Source: a virus
Taxonomy: Duplodnaviria > Caudoviricetes
DNA length: 54,313 bases
IMG/VR virus record: IMGVR_UViG_3300043395_001470
Coordinates: 1-54,313 of that record
Strand: one strand, 5' to 3'
Below are positions 1 through 9,272 of the stretch, piece by piece; position 1 is the stretch's first letter; every line of letters starts with the position of its first letter. The translations under genes were made by a program, and so were the position numbers. Under the pieces are notes generated by a model. The model was not told where the DNA came from. It saw only the letters and a program-made list of their open reading frames with translations, and did not search any database.

Positions 1-494
1 GTCATACCACCACCAGTCTCATGTTTCCACTCTCTGCGTGGTTTTGCTGCTGGTTTTGGTGTTGGTGTTTCTGCTTTCTTCTTAGCAAGTAATTTAGTTG
101 CAGTCTTCTCTGCTTCTTTAGATGTTGGTTTCTTTGCTTCAGGTTTTGCACCTGCTTTCTTTGCTGCAATTCTTGCTTGTGCTGCTTTCCTTCTTTCTTC
201 CTTTGCTGCTGCTAATTGCTTCTCTCTTGCAGAACCTCTTTCCTGAGTTGGTTGCTGAACTCTTGTTTCTGACTTACGCTGAGTTCCAATATCTTTGCGG
301 GGTTTATATTCTACGGGTGCCATCTTTCCACCACCCACTGCCTTCATTCTGCGTTTTTCGGGTGTTGATTTCTTACGTTCTGCACCAATTCTTCCACCAG
401 GACGAGCACGCCTAATAGTTGCAGAAAATCCAAGTGCTTTAGATTTATCTTCAACTTCTTCGCAAAAAAGCATGAACTCTTGGAAAGTCTTCAT
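1..494 (-). CDS. Basic K/R/A-rich hypothetical protein (partial, runs off window start); N-terminus MKTFQEFMLFCEE, candidate internal head protein
   Basis: Translated by hand from ATG at 494; CTAAATA late-promoter-like motif at 521-527; not in ORF track because it is truncated. Confidence 0.7.
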   Translation of the reverse strand, partial: MKTFQEFMLFCEEVEDKSKALGFSATIRRARPGGRIGAERKKSTPEKRRMKAVGGGKMAPVEYKPRKDIGTQRKSETRVQQPTQERGSAREKQLAAAKEERRKAAQARIAAKKAGAKPEAKKPTSKEAEKTATKLLAKKKAETPTPKPAAKPRREWKHETGGGM

Positions 495-534
495 TTTCTC
501 TACACTAAACCCCTTTCAGGTATTTAGCAAGAGA

Positions 535-562
535 GGGTGGTCAGTATTTTAACCGACCACCC
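535..562 (-). terminator. Possible intrinsic terminator hairpin
   Basis: GGGTGGTC...GACCACCC inverted repeat just after the stop of the 569..772 ORF; weak U-tract. Confidence 0.4.
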
Positions 563-568
563 TGAGCA

Positions 569-772
569 TCAATCTTCTTTTAGTTTATCTTGAGCAGACT
601 TGCTAATCTTACATACAAGGTCATTATCATAAAAATACTTAACTCGTTCTCGTCGGGCAGCAATCAAGAGATCGTATTGTTCTTGTTGTTCACGAGTAAA
701 AGTGAAATCTTGTTTCCTCCAAGTCTCACGAAGTTCTTTAATGTGAGGCAGAACATTTACAGTGTCAGTCAT
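569..772 (-). CDS. Hypothetical protein
   Basis: ORF track; likely start MTDTVNV. Confidence 0.65.
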   Translation of the reverse strand: MTDTVNVLPHIKELRETWRKQDFTFTREQQEQYDLLIAARRERVKYFYDNDLVCKISKSAQDKLKED

Positions 773-777
773 TAAAA

Positions 778-918
778 TCAAAAGTCAAATTCGGAGTTAA
801 AGTTTTCAGTGAATGAGAGATCATCCATATCAATATCATCATCCCATCCTTTCATCTCTGGGAGATCAAAGATCTCACCAGGAGCATCTTGGATTTCAGA
901 CCAGAGATCATCGTTCAT
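778..918 (-). CDS. Small acidic hypothetical protein (46 aa, MNDDLWSEIQDAPGEIFD...)
   Basis: Translated by hand; fits the minus-strand gene array. Confidence 0.5.
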   Translation of the reverse strand: MNDDLWSEIQDAPGEIFDLPEMKGWDDDIDMDDLSFTENFNSEFDF

Positions 919-969
919 AAGTGATTTGTGCTTACATTATAGGTACACTTTGGAGGTGAGTAACTTTTA

Positions 970-1188
970 TCAGTGCGAACCTCTGATGTCTTCGTCACTC
1001 TTTTTCAGCAGAGTTCTCATGTTTGCTTGATGTGCATCAAGTTCATCACGACTCTTCATTCTTAATTGACGATTGATTGTTGTTGCTCTTCTGACACTTT
1101 GAGATCTTTGTTGAGCAGTTTGTTGTGGTGTGGCAGGTTGCAATCTTCCACCTACAACTTGTTCACAAAATTCTCTAAAGGTTTTCAT
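970..1188 (-). CDS. Small basic protein, N-terminus MKTFREFCEQ, candidate internal head protein
   Basis: Start re-assigned to ATG at 1188; CTAAATA at 1208-1214 and the same TAGAGAAAATG leader as the 1..494 gene. Confidence 0.65.
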   Translation of the reverse strand: MKTFREFCEQVVGGRLQPATPQQTAQQRSQSVRRATTINRQLRMKSRDELDAHQANMRTLLKKSDEDIRGSH

Positions 1189-1216
1189 TTTCTCTATACT
1201 TTTTGAATATTTAGTT

Positions 1217-1483
1217 TTACTCAAACTCAAAAGGTTTATTTACTCTGCGTTCTGGTGGTGTTGTATAGGATGGAATCCCTGCCTGATCCACATAAACTTC
1301 AACCACAGTCTTTCTGTCCCACTGACGAATCACACCAGCAACAATGAAAGCGTTAGTAATCAGATAAGTTGCAAAGATGATTGTACGAACAACTGCAACC
1401 TTATCAGATGTTTTATTGCATGAGGATGCTTTCTCACCAAGAGCCTTGCTCCACACATACCACCAGTTTTTAGGTTTCTTCAT
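1217..1483 (-). CDS. Hypothetical membrane protein
   Basis: ORF track, likely start MKKPKNWW; hydrophobic segment IIFATYLITNAFIVAGVI. Confidence 0.6.
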   Translation of the reverse strand: MKKPKNWWYVWSKALGEKASSCNKTSDKVAVVRTIIFATYLITNAFIVAGVIRQWDRKTVVEVYVDQAGIPSYTTPPERRVNKPFEFE

Positions 1484-1797
1484 TATATCGGATGTCAGCA
1501 GTTTTCTTATTGATGTTGTGTCGGATGAGGTATTTGTTAAGATGTGTCTTATCTTGGAAGTAACAAACTCTTGGTTGTTTGCCTTCCTTAAACTCCAACC
1601 GAATTGGGAATGAAACATAAGGGAAGTCTGTGGATGTATTCATAACTTACTCCTTTGGTTTGGGTTTGTTACACTCGTTGCATACAGTAGAGTATCCGTA
1701 CTTGAATTTTTTTACGACTTGAAAGTGATCAGCATTCAATGGTTTTGTTATATCACAATACTGACATTTATATTCATTTGGAACAGATAGTGATGTT

Positions 1798-2109
1798 CTA
1801 TTGAAGAGTTTCATTGTTTTTCCTCAACTCTTGCATAACTTCTTCAAGTGGATAAGTTTTAACTTCACCATTTTCTACCTGTTTCGCAAGTTTTTGTAAG
1901 TGTTCAAGAAAATGTTTAGGAAGTGTGGGATCATCATTTAATTCAGACCAGAACCATTCATAACACTCTTCATAAGGATCATCATACCACATTAGAGCAT
2001 AATCTGCATAGTTTCCAGTCATCAAGTCACGCCAAATACGGAAGCATCCTGCAAATGACTGGAACCACGTTGGTATAAGATATGTGATGATGTATTCTGC
2101 CCAAGTCAT
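1798..2109 (-). CDS. Hypothetical protein
   Basis: ORF track; coupled to neighbours. Confidence 0.65.
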   Translation of the reverse strand: MTWAEYIITYLIPTWFQSFAGCFRIWRDLMTGNYADYALMWYDDPYEECYEWFWSELNDDPTLPKHFLEHLQKLAKQVENGEVKTYPLEEVMQELRKNNETLQ

Positions 2110-2282
2110 TATAGGTAATGCGGTTTTTCTGTATCAAACTGATGAAACTTTACATCTTTCATATCAAGACACATTCTCACAGTTTCATGCTCTCTGTGTT
2201 CTCTATCTGTACCTTTATATATTCCTCTGCGTTGATAAGCACAGCACCAGACATTATAGTAAATTTTAGACTTATCGTTCAT
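2109..2282 (-). CDS. Hypothetical protein
   Basis: ORF track; likely start MNDKSKIYY. Confidence 0.55.
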   Translation of the reverse strand: MNDKSKIYYNVWCCAYQRRGIYKGTDREHREHETVRMCLDMKDVKFHQFDTEKPHYL

Positions 2283-2517
2283 TTGGACAGTGTAAGAAAT
2301 ACTTGTATTCGGCAAGTGGACCATAGTGCCACTGTATTATATCACATTCTTTGTAAGTGCCAATGACTTTAGTGGACTGTCCTTCATCTGTCTTAGTGTT
2401 GGTTCCTGATAACCAGATGGTAAGAGAACATAACAGACAGAAAACAATAAAAACAATACTACCACCACCAAATCCACGGAGAAACTCTTTCAAGAATTCT
2501 TTATCGTCTTGTGTCAT
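2272..2517 (-). CDS. Hypothetical membrane protein
   Basis: ORF track; N-terminal hydrophobic helix. Confidence 0.6.
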   Translation of the reverse strand: MTQDDKEFLKEFLRGFGGGSIVFIVFCLLCSLTIWLSGTNTKTDEGQSTKVIGTYKECDIIQWHYGPLAEYKYFLHCPNER

Positions 2518-2729
2518 TTTAGTTTAGCCCATTCAATGATGTTTGGATCATTACCCTCATAAGAATAGTTCACATAAAGATTCTCACCACCAATGTTCAT
2601 ATGATACATTTTACCATCATTCATATAAATTCCAAACCATACTGCACGACCTTCTTCCATCGTTTCGTAGTGAACCATCTTTACATTCTCCAGAATAATC
2701 TCATCTGGATTCTTTACAAATCTGCTCAT
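2514..2729 (-). CDS. Hypothetical protein
   Basis: ORF track; ATGA overlaps. Confidence 0.65.
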   Translation of the reverse strand: MSRFVKNPDEIILENVKMVHYETMEEGRAVWFGIYMNDGKMYHMNIGGENLYVNYSYEGNDPNIIEWAKLK

Positions 2730-3529
2730 ACTACACCATCAGCACTATCTTTAAATTCTTCGACCCTTTGAAGATAATCTTTACCCTGTTTATACAATCC
2801 TTCAATCAATGCGTTAATATCATCAGTAGAAACTTCACTGAACTCGTGATTGAGATTTTCACATCTCAACGCATCCAACATACACTCCAATGCCATTGCC
2901 TGTTGAAACTCTGGCGTGATATGTGTGCCCCAAGTGAGACCAGAAACTTCCGTATTGTAAAACTGATTATATCTTTCAAGAATACGATCAGTTCTTTGCT
3001 GTCGTTCCCATTCTTCTTTTTCAATCTCTGCTAATTGGCTCATTCCTTCTTGATTTTCTTCCATAAGATTATCAAGTGCTTCCAGTGCTTTTTTATTTGC
3101 CACCTCATCCAGAACTTTTTGATAATCTTCTTCGGATACTTTTGCTACGATTGCTTCTCTTTTTTCTGTTTCTTCCAACATAGATTCATCCCAGGGTTTC
3201 TGCCCGAAGTTTTCATAATCTATTCCCATAGATTCTAATGCTTCTTTGTTTATTGCTTCTCGTCGTGCTGCCTCTTCAAAAAGATAATCTGGGTAGTTTT
3301 CAGTCATTTCTTTAACCTCTAATTTCATTTCTGGAGTTTGAACCTTTCCCCAAGAACTATCATCAATTGTGAGAGTTTCTTTTCCTTTATCATAAAACCT
3401 CAACTTACCATCATTCATAAGTTTGCGGATTTTCTCCTTTCCGTATTTTGTGAGTTCTTGTTTCTTACTGCGGAGTTCTTGGATTTCCTCATCAGACAGT
3501 CCAATCACCCAAGGCATATCATCGTTCAT
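2726..3529 (-). CDS. Acidic coiled-coil hypothetical protein
   Basis: ORF track; likely start MNDDMPW. Confidence 0.7.
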   Translation of the reverse strand: MNDDMPWVIGLSDEEIQELRSKKQELTKYGKEKIRKLMNDGKLRFYDKGKETLTIDDSSWGKVQTPEMKLEVKEMTENYPDYLFEEAARREAINKEALESMGIDYENFGQKPWDESMLEETEKREAIVAKVSEEDYQKVLDEVANKKALEALDNLMEENQEGMSQLAEIEKEEWERQQRTDRILERYNQFYNTEVSGLTWGTHITPEFQQAMALECMLDALRCENLNHEFSEVSTDDINALIEGLYKQGKDYLQRVEEFKDSADGVV

Positions 3530-3752
3530 TTTTATTCTTGGAATTAATTGCACGGTCATGAAATGCATCCAGCAGATCTGAACCAATGGTTGAAATATCT
3601 GGAGGGTTAAAACTCTCCTGAAACTCTTTCCATCGTTTGTCTAGTTGACTATCCTTCCATCCCCATACACCGTGTTCCATACCATCAACTCCCGCAACAT
3701 CAATCTCATCTTGAATGAGTCTGCGGAGCATATCAATTTGTTCGTCAGTCAT
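3519..3752 (-). CDS. Hypothetical protein
   Basis: Likely start MTDEQIDM. Confidence 0.6.
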   Translation of the reverse strand: MTDEQIDMLRRLIQDEIDVAGVDGMEHGVWGWKDSQLDKRWKEFQESFNPPDISTIGSDLLDAFHDRAINSKNKNER

Positions 3753-3934
3753 TACTGTTCCCACGCATAAGATTTCAGGAGTTCGTTGTCCTTTTCCAAC
3801 TGTTCTATTCTATCACACAATTCGGTGATAACACCAATCAAAGCACGATAGTCAAGGTGCTCAATATCATCTCCAAATTCAGGATCATTGTAAGTCCAGT
3901 GTTGGAGTTCTTGAGTAAAGTTTCGGTCAGTCAT
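3752..3934 (-). CDS. Hypothetical protein
   Basis: Likely start MTDRNFTQ. Confidence 0.6.
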   Translation of the reverse strand: MTDRNFTQELQHWTYNDPEFGDDIEHLDYRALIGVITELCDRIEQLEKDNELLKSYAWEQ

Positions 3935-4145
3935 TTCCATCACTCCAAGGATACTCAAATTCTACATCAATCTGTTCTAAAAGTGTGCGGGCAAACATAA
4001 TCTCACCATAATCAGAACCATCTTCAAAAATATCCCAATTATGGTGTGGATATTCATAATCTGGATTTAGATTATAACAAGTTGGTTGTTCTGCGTAATT
4101 TTTGAGAACTTTGATAAGATTTTGGAACTTTTGTTCGTCAGTCAT
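3927..4145 (-). CDS. Hypothetical protein
   Basis: Likely start MTDEQKFQ. Confidence 0.6.
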   Translation of the reverse strand: MTDEQKFQNLIKVLKNYAEQPTCYNLNPDYEYPHHNWDIFEDGSDYGEIMFARTLLEQIDVEFEYPWSDGND

Positions 4146-4383
4146 CGTATTCAGTAATAAAAGCAACTGCTAAACAAAATTTGCGTTGTTGGAAATCTAC
4201 ACTCATAAGAGAACTACCAAAGAAAGAAAACAAGATGTTAATACCACCAGAAGAATGAATTATTTTACCAGGAGTTTCACAAGACACCCAGAGTAGTGAT
4301 TTGTTTTTGATAATACCAAACTGCCAGGTGTGAGATACTTCACCATCCTGATAAGTTTGTTTGGAGTGTTCGTAGAGTTTCAT
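4138..4383 (-). CDS. Hypothetical protein
   Basis: ORF track; loosely similar in character to 6224..6460. Confidence 0.6.
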   Translation of the reverse strand: MKLYEHSKQTYQDGEVSHTWQFGIIKNKSLLWVSCETPGKIIHSSGGINILFSFFGSSLMSVDFQQRKFCLAVAFITEYDD

Positions 4384-4589
4384 TGGTGTGAATTGATGTA
4401 ATTAGGAATTTCAAGAATGCTGTATTCTCTTGCTAATCTATCATTCTCATAATCATAATAAGAAGGAAAGACAATACTGGGAACACAACCATCAAGAATA
4501 TCAGAAACTTGAAAGATTGCGTCATACTTTTCCAGAAGTTCTTTGAAATCTTTTAGGAAATTTTGATGTAGTTGTTCCTTGTTGGTCAT
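4380..4589 (-). CDS. Hypothetical protein
   Basis: Likely start MTNKEQL. Confidence 0.55.
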   Translation of the reverse strand: MTNKEQLHQNFLKDFKELLEKYDAIFQVSDILDGCVPSIVFPSYYDYENDRLAREYSILEIPNYINSHQ

Positions 4590-4771
4590 TTCAGTTGCTC
4601 CAGAGCATGAATAAAGTATGGAATACAATCTTTGGGAATGTGTGTGGTTTGAAATGTTGGTCCATTAGTGCCCTGAACACCTACAGTTCCATATTCATCA
4701 GTTGTGAAGACAAATTCCCAACCATCCTTGTCGTTGTGAATTGTAATTTGCTTTGTGATTGTGTAGGTCAT
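4586..4771 (-). CDS. Hypothetical protein
   Basis: ORF track. Confidence 0.6.
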   Translation of the reverse strand: MTYTITKQITIHNDKDGWEFVFTTDEYGTVGVQGTNGPTFQTTHIPKDCIPYFIHALEQLK

Positions 4772-4773
4772 TT

Positions 4774-4995
4774 TCAGTTCTTTTTGAAGAGTTTGTAGAT
4801 GGCATCAGCAATAGCAAGTGCTTGTTCTTCATTCATACAAATGTGTTGCACTCGTTTATCACCTTTCTCAACATCATATACCCAATAAGAAATGGTGCAA
4901 CCATCACATCCCACATCAAGGTGAGTGTCTTCTACTGTATACCAAAAATCTTCGTATTGTTGAATACGAACTTGGTTGGTGATTTCAACAGTCAT
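4774..4995 (-). CDS. Hypothetical protein
   Basis: ORF track; downstream of the promoter at 5021-5079. Confidence 0.65.
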   Translation of the reverse strand: MTVEITNQVRIQQYEDFWYTVEDTHLDVGCDGCTISYWVYDVEKGDKRVQHICMNEEQALAIADAIYKLFKKN

Positions 4996-5020
4996 TTGGA
5001 GTTCCTTTGTGTATGAATGT

Positions 5021-5079
5021 ATTATAAGGCATCACAGGGGGATTTGGAGTGTCCCTGTGCCAGTTCTTCAAGTGTCTCA
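5021..5079 (-). promoter_or_regulatory. Putative early promoter: palindrome (consensus TGTGNCAGT-N6-ACTGNCACA) about 30 nt upstream of a TATAAT -10 box
   Basis: Palindrome 5056-5079, -10 at 5021-5026; same geometry at 11016-11075 and 12087-12146. Confidence 0.55.
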
Positions 5080-5643
5080 CTCATCAATCCAGAAGAACCC
5101 CAAACAAGTTTTCATAAAGAACCTCACCAAACGATTGGGTTTATCCTTCATATAATACCTCAAATATCGTTGATTACCAATCGTATAATAACCTTTATGA
5201 TCATTTCCCTGTTTGATTACAAAAGAGGTTTCAGTATAAGGACTAGAATAAGCACTCAATCCAGTTGTTGTATAAGCAAGGTTTAGTTTGAGTGGAAACT
5301 GTCCGTGCTCCTTCGCATACTCAAAGTTCTTAATAATACCATCAAACTTTCGGTTGTATCTTTCCTCAGCATTTTCTCTTGACCAACCAGAACATAGTTT
5401 GAACTTTTCTATCTGGGCATCAATCTTCTCATCAAACTCTTGTTGGATTTCATCCAGAGTTTTGGGTTTCTCTGGAATATCCAAGTATGGTTTGATTTTA
5501 TCAAAATACTCATAATCTTCGGAGTAATGAAGATTACTACCAAACAGATAAGGAAGAATACTTTGAGATGCTCCTTTGAGTTTCTCTGGGTCTAACTTGT
5601 ATGCTTTTGGTGCTTGTCGTATTTTGAATATGGGTTTAGTCAT
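5077..5643 (-). CDS. Hypothetical protein
   Basis: ORF track, 188 aa. Confidence 0.7.
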   Translation of the reverse strand: MTKPIFKIRQAPKAYKLDPEKLKGASQSILPYLFGSNLHYSEDYEYFDKIKPYLDIPEKPKTLDEIQQEFDEKIDAQIEKFKLCSGWSRENAEERYNRKFDGIIKNFEYAKEHGQFPLKLNLAYTTTGLSAYSSPYTETSFVIKQGNDHKGYYTIGNQRYLRYYMKDKPNRLVRFFMKTCLGFFWIDE

Positions 5644-5809
5644 CGTATTCCATTATCAAAGAGTTTTTTCAGTTCATTATACACCAAAATCAGTTCTCTA
5701 TCAACAGACAAATGACCGACATCTTTTGCCCCTCGTAGAAATTCGTAGAGTTCTTTTGCTTGTTGCTCTGTGAGTGTGAGTTTATACTGCTTTTCAATTT
5801 CAATCATTT

Positions 5810-6013
5810 TCAATCCTCAACATAATAATAGAAAGGTTCTTTGTATTTTCTCAGTAGTCGTATTGCTTCTTGTGCTTCTTGAAGTGTTTGGAATGTAGCA
5901 TCTGAATAAAGGAAATACTTTTGGTCCTTAATACTATAAGATTGAATGTAAAAATAAGGTTTCAAAGTTTTTAAATTGAGGTCTTCTACAATTCGGTAAT
6001 CATAAACTTTCAT
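5810..6013 (-). CDS. Hypothetical protein
   Basis: Likely start MKVYDYR. Confidence 0.6.
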   Translation of the reverse strand: MKVYDYRIVEDLNLKTLKPYFYIQSYSIKDQKYFLYSDATFQTLQEAQEAIRLLRKYKEPFYYYVED

Positions 6014-6231
6014 TATTTCCGTGCCTCCCAATACTTTCCTTCTTCACCACATCCACCATAATTTCGTCTCATTATATCACAAAAATGACCACCTTTGACT
6101 TTTCCAGTCACCAAATTTCCACTCAATACTGGATTGTGGCAAGTATCAAATCGGTCTCCACCATAAGTGAGGTGTTCAAACCAATCTTTCTTATACCACT
6201 TACAATCTTTACAAAGCTTTAGGTCAGTCAT
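6013..6231 (-). CDS. Small Cys-containing hypothetical protein (CxxC...C...C...C)
   Basis: Likely start MTDLKLCKDC. Confidence 0.6.
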   Translation of the reverse strand: MTDLKLCKDCKWYKKDWFEHLTYGGDRFDTCHNPVLSGNLVTGKVKGGHFCDIMRRNYGGCGEEGKYWEARK

Positions 6232-6460
6232 TCCACCTCCAAGTTCGTTCAATGATACCAATATCAAAACCAAACTTATATGCACAGAACAGAATACTCA
6301 AAGTAGAACCAGAACCTGATTTGATTTGAATATAAGGCCAACCAGGAAATTCAGTCCAACTTACGGATGATTGAAGCAAACTCCAACCTTTTATATTGAG
6401 AACTTGAACATACCAATCGTGTCCCCAATCTTTTCTATGCGTAAACTTAATAAGGTTCAT
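6224..6460 (-). CDS. Hypothetical protein
   Basis: ORF track. Confidence 0.6.
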   Translation of the reverse strand: MNLIKFTHRKDWGHDWYVQVLNIKGWSLLQSSVSWTEFPGWPYIQIKSGSGSTLSILFCAYKFGFDIGIIERTWRWND

Positions 6461-6619
6461 TTTTCTTCGAGAGGTTGGATAAGATGAAAGTCAGCAGGAT
6501 GCACCACAACACGAACCTCATGTGCTCGAGAAACACCTCTATTAACGAGGATTGAGATCGATTGTTCACTTACAAAAGCAATCACCCCAGTGATGTGTTT
6601 GTAAGATACTGTGATTCCT

Positions 6620-6793
6620 TCAGCAAACACCATTCAGATACTCCATGAACATGTATTCTTCGGGTTCTTGACCATCAACTACAAACTCAAGATAGAGTGC
6701 ATCAGAATCATCTAAACGATCTTCTGTTACCAGTTCACACATACGGTTGTTCCAGTATGCTTCAAGTTCGCACATCATTTGTTCGGTGTTCAT
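6620..6793 (-). CDS. Small acidic hypothetical protein
   Basis: Likely start MNTEQMM. Confidence 0.55.
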   Translation of the reverse strand: MNTEQMMCELEAYWNNRMCELVTEDRLDDSDALYLEFVVDGQEPEEYMFMEYLNGVC

Positions 6794-7071
6794 ACGAAAC
6801 ATGCTTCAAGAGGGTTAAGATTCGGTAACATTGCCGAATAAGGACTGGTTCTCATAGGATCTACTACATCACCCACTGTCGATGAATTGACTGGTGAGTG
6901 CCATTGTTGTGTTTTGGAATTGTAGAATCCCCAAATACACCGAACAGGCTTGCCATTGTTATAGTCGTAACGGCAGTCAGGACAAATCCAAATTGCGGTG
7001 ACATTTCTCTTAAATGGAGTTTGATCATAATGATAACCTTTCGGTGCTTTGTGGGGAAACTTGACAGACAT
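6790..7071 (-). CDS. Cyanophage-type hypothetical protein
   Basis: ORF track; FPHKAPKGY...IWGFY...TSPYSAM pattern. Confidence 0.7.
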   Translation of the reverse strand: MSVKFPHKAPKGYHYDQTPFKRNVTAIWICPDCRYDYNNGKPVRCIWGFYNSKTQQWHSPVNSSTVGDVVDPMRTSPYSAMLPNLNPLEACFV

Positions 7072-7310
7072 CAGGTGATGAACCGATCGATCACTTCAGA
7101 TTCTACAGCATCTGCCAGGGCAAAACGGGGTGCTTTGACGATATTGTTACGAAGATTTACATAGCACTCTTTATAGTCTTCATTATCAACTTCAGTAATT
7201 AAGTCAAAACATTCATCATCATGTTCTGCGATAACATTCCAGACGCCACCATATTCTGATTGAGGAAAGTTAACGAAATGATCCACGATATAAAGGTACT
7301 TTTTTGCCAT
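7071..7310 (-). CDS. Hypothetical protein
   Basis: ORF track; SEYGG motif. Confidence 0.7.
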   Translation of the reverse strand: MAKKYLYIVDHFVNFPQSEYGGVWNVIAEHDDECFDLITEVDNEDYKECYVNLRNNIVKAPRFALADAVESEVIDRFIT

Positions 7311-7477
7311 TTGTGTTTGTTAATTACTCCTTAATAATATCAGTTTGACAGAGATTAGTCAACTGCCTTTGTAGTTCAACTTGAACAGAAATCAGTTTGC
7401 CATAAAGAAACTGTTGGTACTCATTTCCCTCTATGAGTTTCGTAAGATTGTCTATCTGTTGGAGTGCAAGAATGATT

Positions 7478-7936
7478 TTAGTTGTTTGATTCATTTTCAG
7501 CAGTCATTGCTTCAATCTCTTCATCAAGATACTGCTCAGCATCAGGATTCTCGCACCGTGCAAGTCTTGCTTTCATGTCACGAACTTGTTTTTCTAGTTC
7601 ATAATTCTTGTTCTCCAGAGGAATAACTTTGTTTCTATATTCTTCTAAAAGATACAAGTCATATTCATCAGCAACTTTTTTCATATCCTCAAAACTGCGC
7701 ATATCATTGAATGCAAGTGAGCAAGCACCTTTCATAATACCTTGCTCACTGTGTCCCATCGTGCGGGCAATCGTTCCAAAGAAACGGAAGAGTTGAATGC
7801 TATTAAGGTCTTCTGTAGGAATCTCGAAAGTATAGTGTTCTTCTGGAAGTGTCTCATCATCATAGATTCCAGAACCACCATAAGTAGGAGTCCATTCAGT
7901 ATCAAAGTGAACTTTGAGTGTTGCTTTATAAGTCAT
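7478..7936 (-). CDS. Hypothetical protein
   Basis: ORF track, 152 aa. Confidence 0.7.
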   Translation of the reverse strand: MTYKATLKVHFDTEWTPTYGGSGIYDDETLPEEHYTFEIPTEDLNSIQLFRFFGTIARTMGHSEQGIMKGACSLAFNDMRSFEDMKKVADEYDLYLLEEYRNKVIPLENKNYELEKQVRDMKARLARCENPDAEQYLDEEIEAMTAENESNN

Positions 7937-8109
7937 TTAGATTTCATCTCAACTTGTGCTTTGTCATGATAATACTTCTGGAACATCTTTTCATCACGTT
8001 GAATCAAGAACGCGTTCCACATGAGTATGGATATAAATCCGAGAAATATGTAGGAAGTTTTCACAGTGAGAGTGCTTACACTACAGGAACACTTTCGAGG
8101 TTACTAACT

Positions 8110-8274
8110 TTAATCTCCTTTACCTTCTAGTGACCGAACAAAGAGCTCAGTGAATCTTTCTTGTTTTTCTGGATGAACTGATGCAGGATTTTCGTTGATA
8201 GCTACACGAAGTGCATTCAGTTCATTCCATTCTTCTGTTGTCAGATTTGATCCACCAGTTTTTGCTAGGGTCAT
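8110..8274 (-). CDS. Small hypothetical protein (54 aa, MTLAKTGGSNLTTEEWNEL...)
   Basis: Translated by hand; GGGAG RBS upstream. Confidence 0.55.
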   Translation of the reverse strand: MTLAKTGGSNLTTEEWNELNALRVAINENPASVHPEKQERFTELFVRSLEGKGD

Positions 8275-8367
8275 TGAAAACTCCCGTTATTTATGTCGAT
8301 ATCCTAACACTATTTAAAGGAGATATTAAGATTCTTAATGTTTTCTTTGGGATTGGTTAATAGTTCT

Positions 8368-8592
8368 TTACTCTCTAAAGAATGAACCAAATCCACCAGA
8401 GTCTCCTTGAATACGACTCTCAAGTTTATCCATCAGACTATCAAAACTCTGCAGTGTTTCAATCTCTTGAATCACCTTTGAGATTGTAGTACAAACCACT
8501 GGGCGTTCTTGACGGGCAGCAAATGCCAATGCTGCCCGAAGAGATGCCTCAGCCTCTTTCAAGTTTTTCTCTACTGATTCACTTAGTGCCAT
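8368..8592 (-). CDS. Hypothetical protein
   Basis: ORF track. Confidence 0.7.
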   Translation of the reverse strand: MALSESVEKNLKEAEASLRAALAFAARQERPVVCTTISKVIQEIETLQSFDSLMDKLESRIQGDSGGFGSFFRE

Positions 8593-9109
8593 TTACTTTC
8601 CTCATTTCAAAACTACCGTCACCACGGTCAATCCAGTGTACCATATCTCCTTCTTTAAGTCCAACTCGTTCAAGCAAATCATCAGGTAACTGAACATAAC
8701 ATTCGCCAGATAATCCATCAACTTGAACAGGAAGAACCCAACGATTTACTTTATCTTCAAAAGGATTTTCACGAGTTGGATCATTTCTATCATACTCATA
8801 CCAGTATTCTGAATGACCTTTACCATCTACAGAATATCCATCAACTTTAGTTTTTAAATATTCTTCATGACTTGACTCCCAAAAAGATGTACAATCATCA
8901 CCAAAATTTACTGAACGATGACCTTTCAATAAAGAAAGAAGTTCATTCATCTTAGATGCTTCAATTGTATGATACTCATAATCCTCACGAACTACTTTCA
9001 CAATCGTATCATAAATCTCCTGTGGTGTTACATCATCAGAAGAAATTGCATCTTGCAACCAGTTCTCAAGATTCTCAAGTGAATACTTTTTGTAATCAAA
9101 GTCAGTCAT
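8579..9109 (-). CDS. Hypothetical protein with C-terminal AbrB/MazE-like swapped-hairpin domain
   Basis: C-terminal VQLPDDLLERVGLKEGDMVHW...GSFEMRK matches the SpoVT/AbrB pattern. Confidence 0.55.
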   Translation of the reverse strand: MTDFDYKKYSLENLENWLQDAISSDDVTPQEIYDTIVKVVREDYEYHTIEASKMNELLSLLKGHRSVNFGDDCTSFWESSHEEYLKTKVDGYSVDGKGHSEYWYEYDRNDPTRENPFEDKVNRWVLPVQVDGLSGECYVQLPDDLLERVGLKEGDMVHWIDRGDGSFEMRKVNGTK

Positions 9110-9272
9110 CGTTCTTTTTGTGAAGTTTTTTCAATTGCTTGTACTCTTGTTTGATTTCCTTATATGCCTGCTCTGGTGACATCTTATCACCAACTTCAAG
9201 ATTTACGATAATACCTACCCTATTCGCAAACATCGCCATTGCTTTCTCGAAATCCGTCAGATCGTAAGACAT
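9102..9272 (-). CDS. Small hypothetical protein (56 aa, MSYDLTDFEK...)
   Basis: Translated by hand; ends in an ATGACTGA overlap. Confidence 0.55.
   Translation of the reverse strand: MSYDLTDFEKAMAMFANRVGIIVNLEVGDKMSPEQAYKEIKQEYKQLKKLHKKNDD

Noticed and set aside
122-552. Plus-strand ORFs 122..415 and 295..552
   Set aside because: Antisense to the real minus-strand MKTFQEF gene; hydrophobicity mirrors its K/E/A codons.
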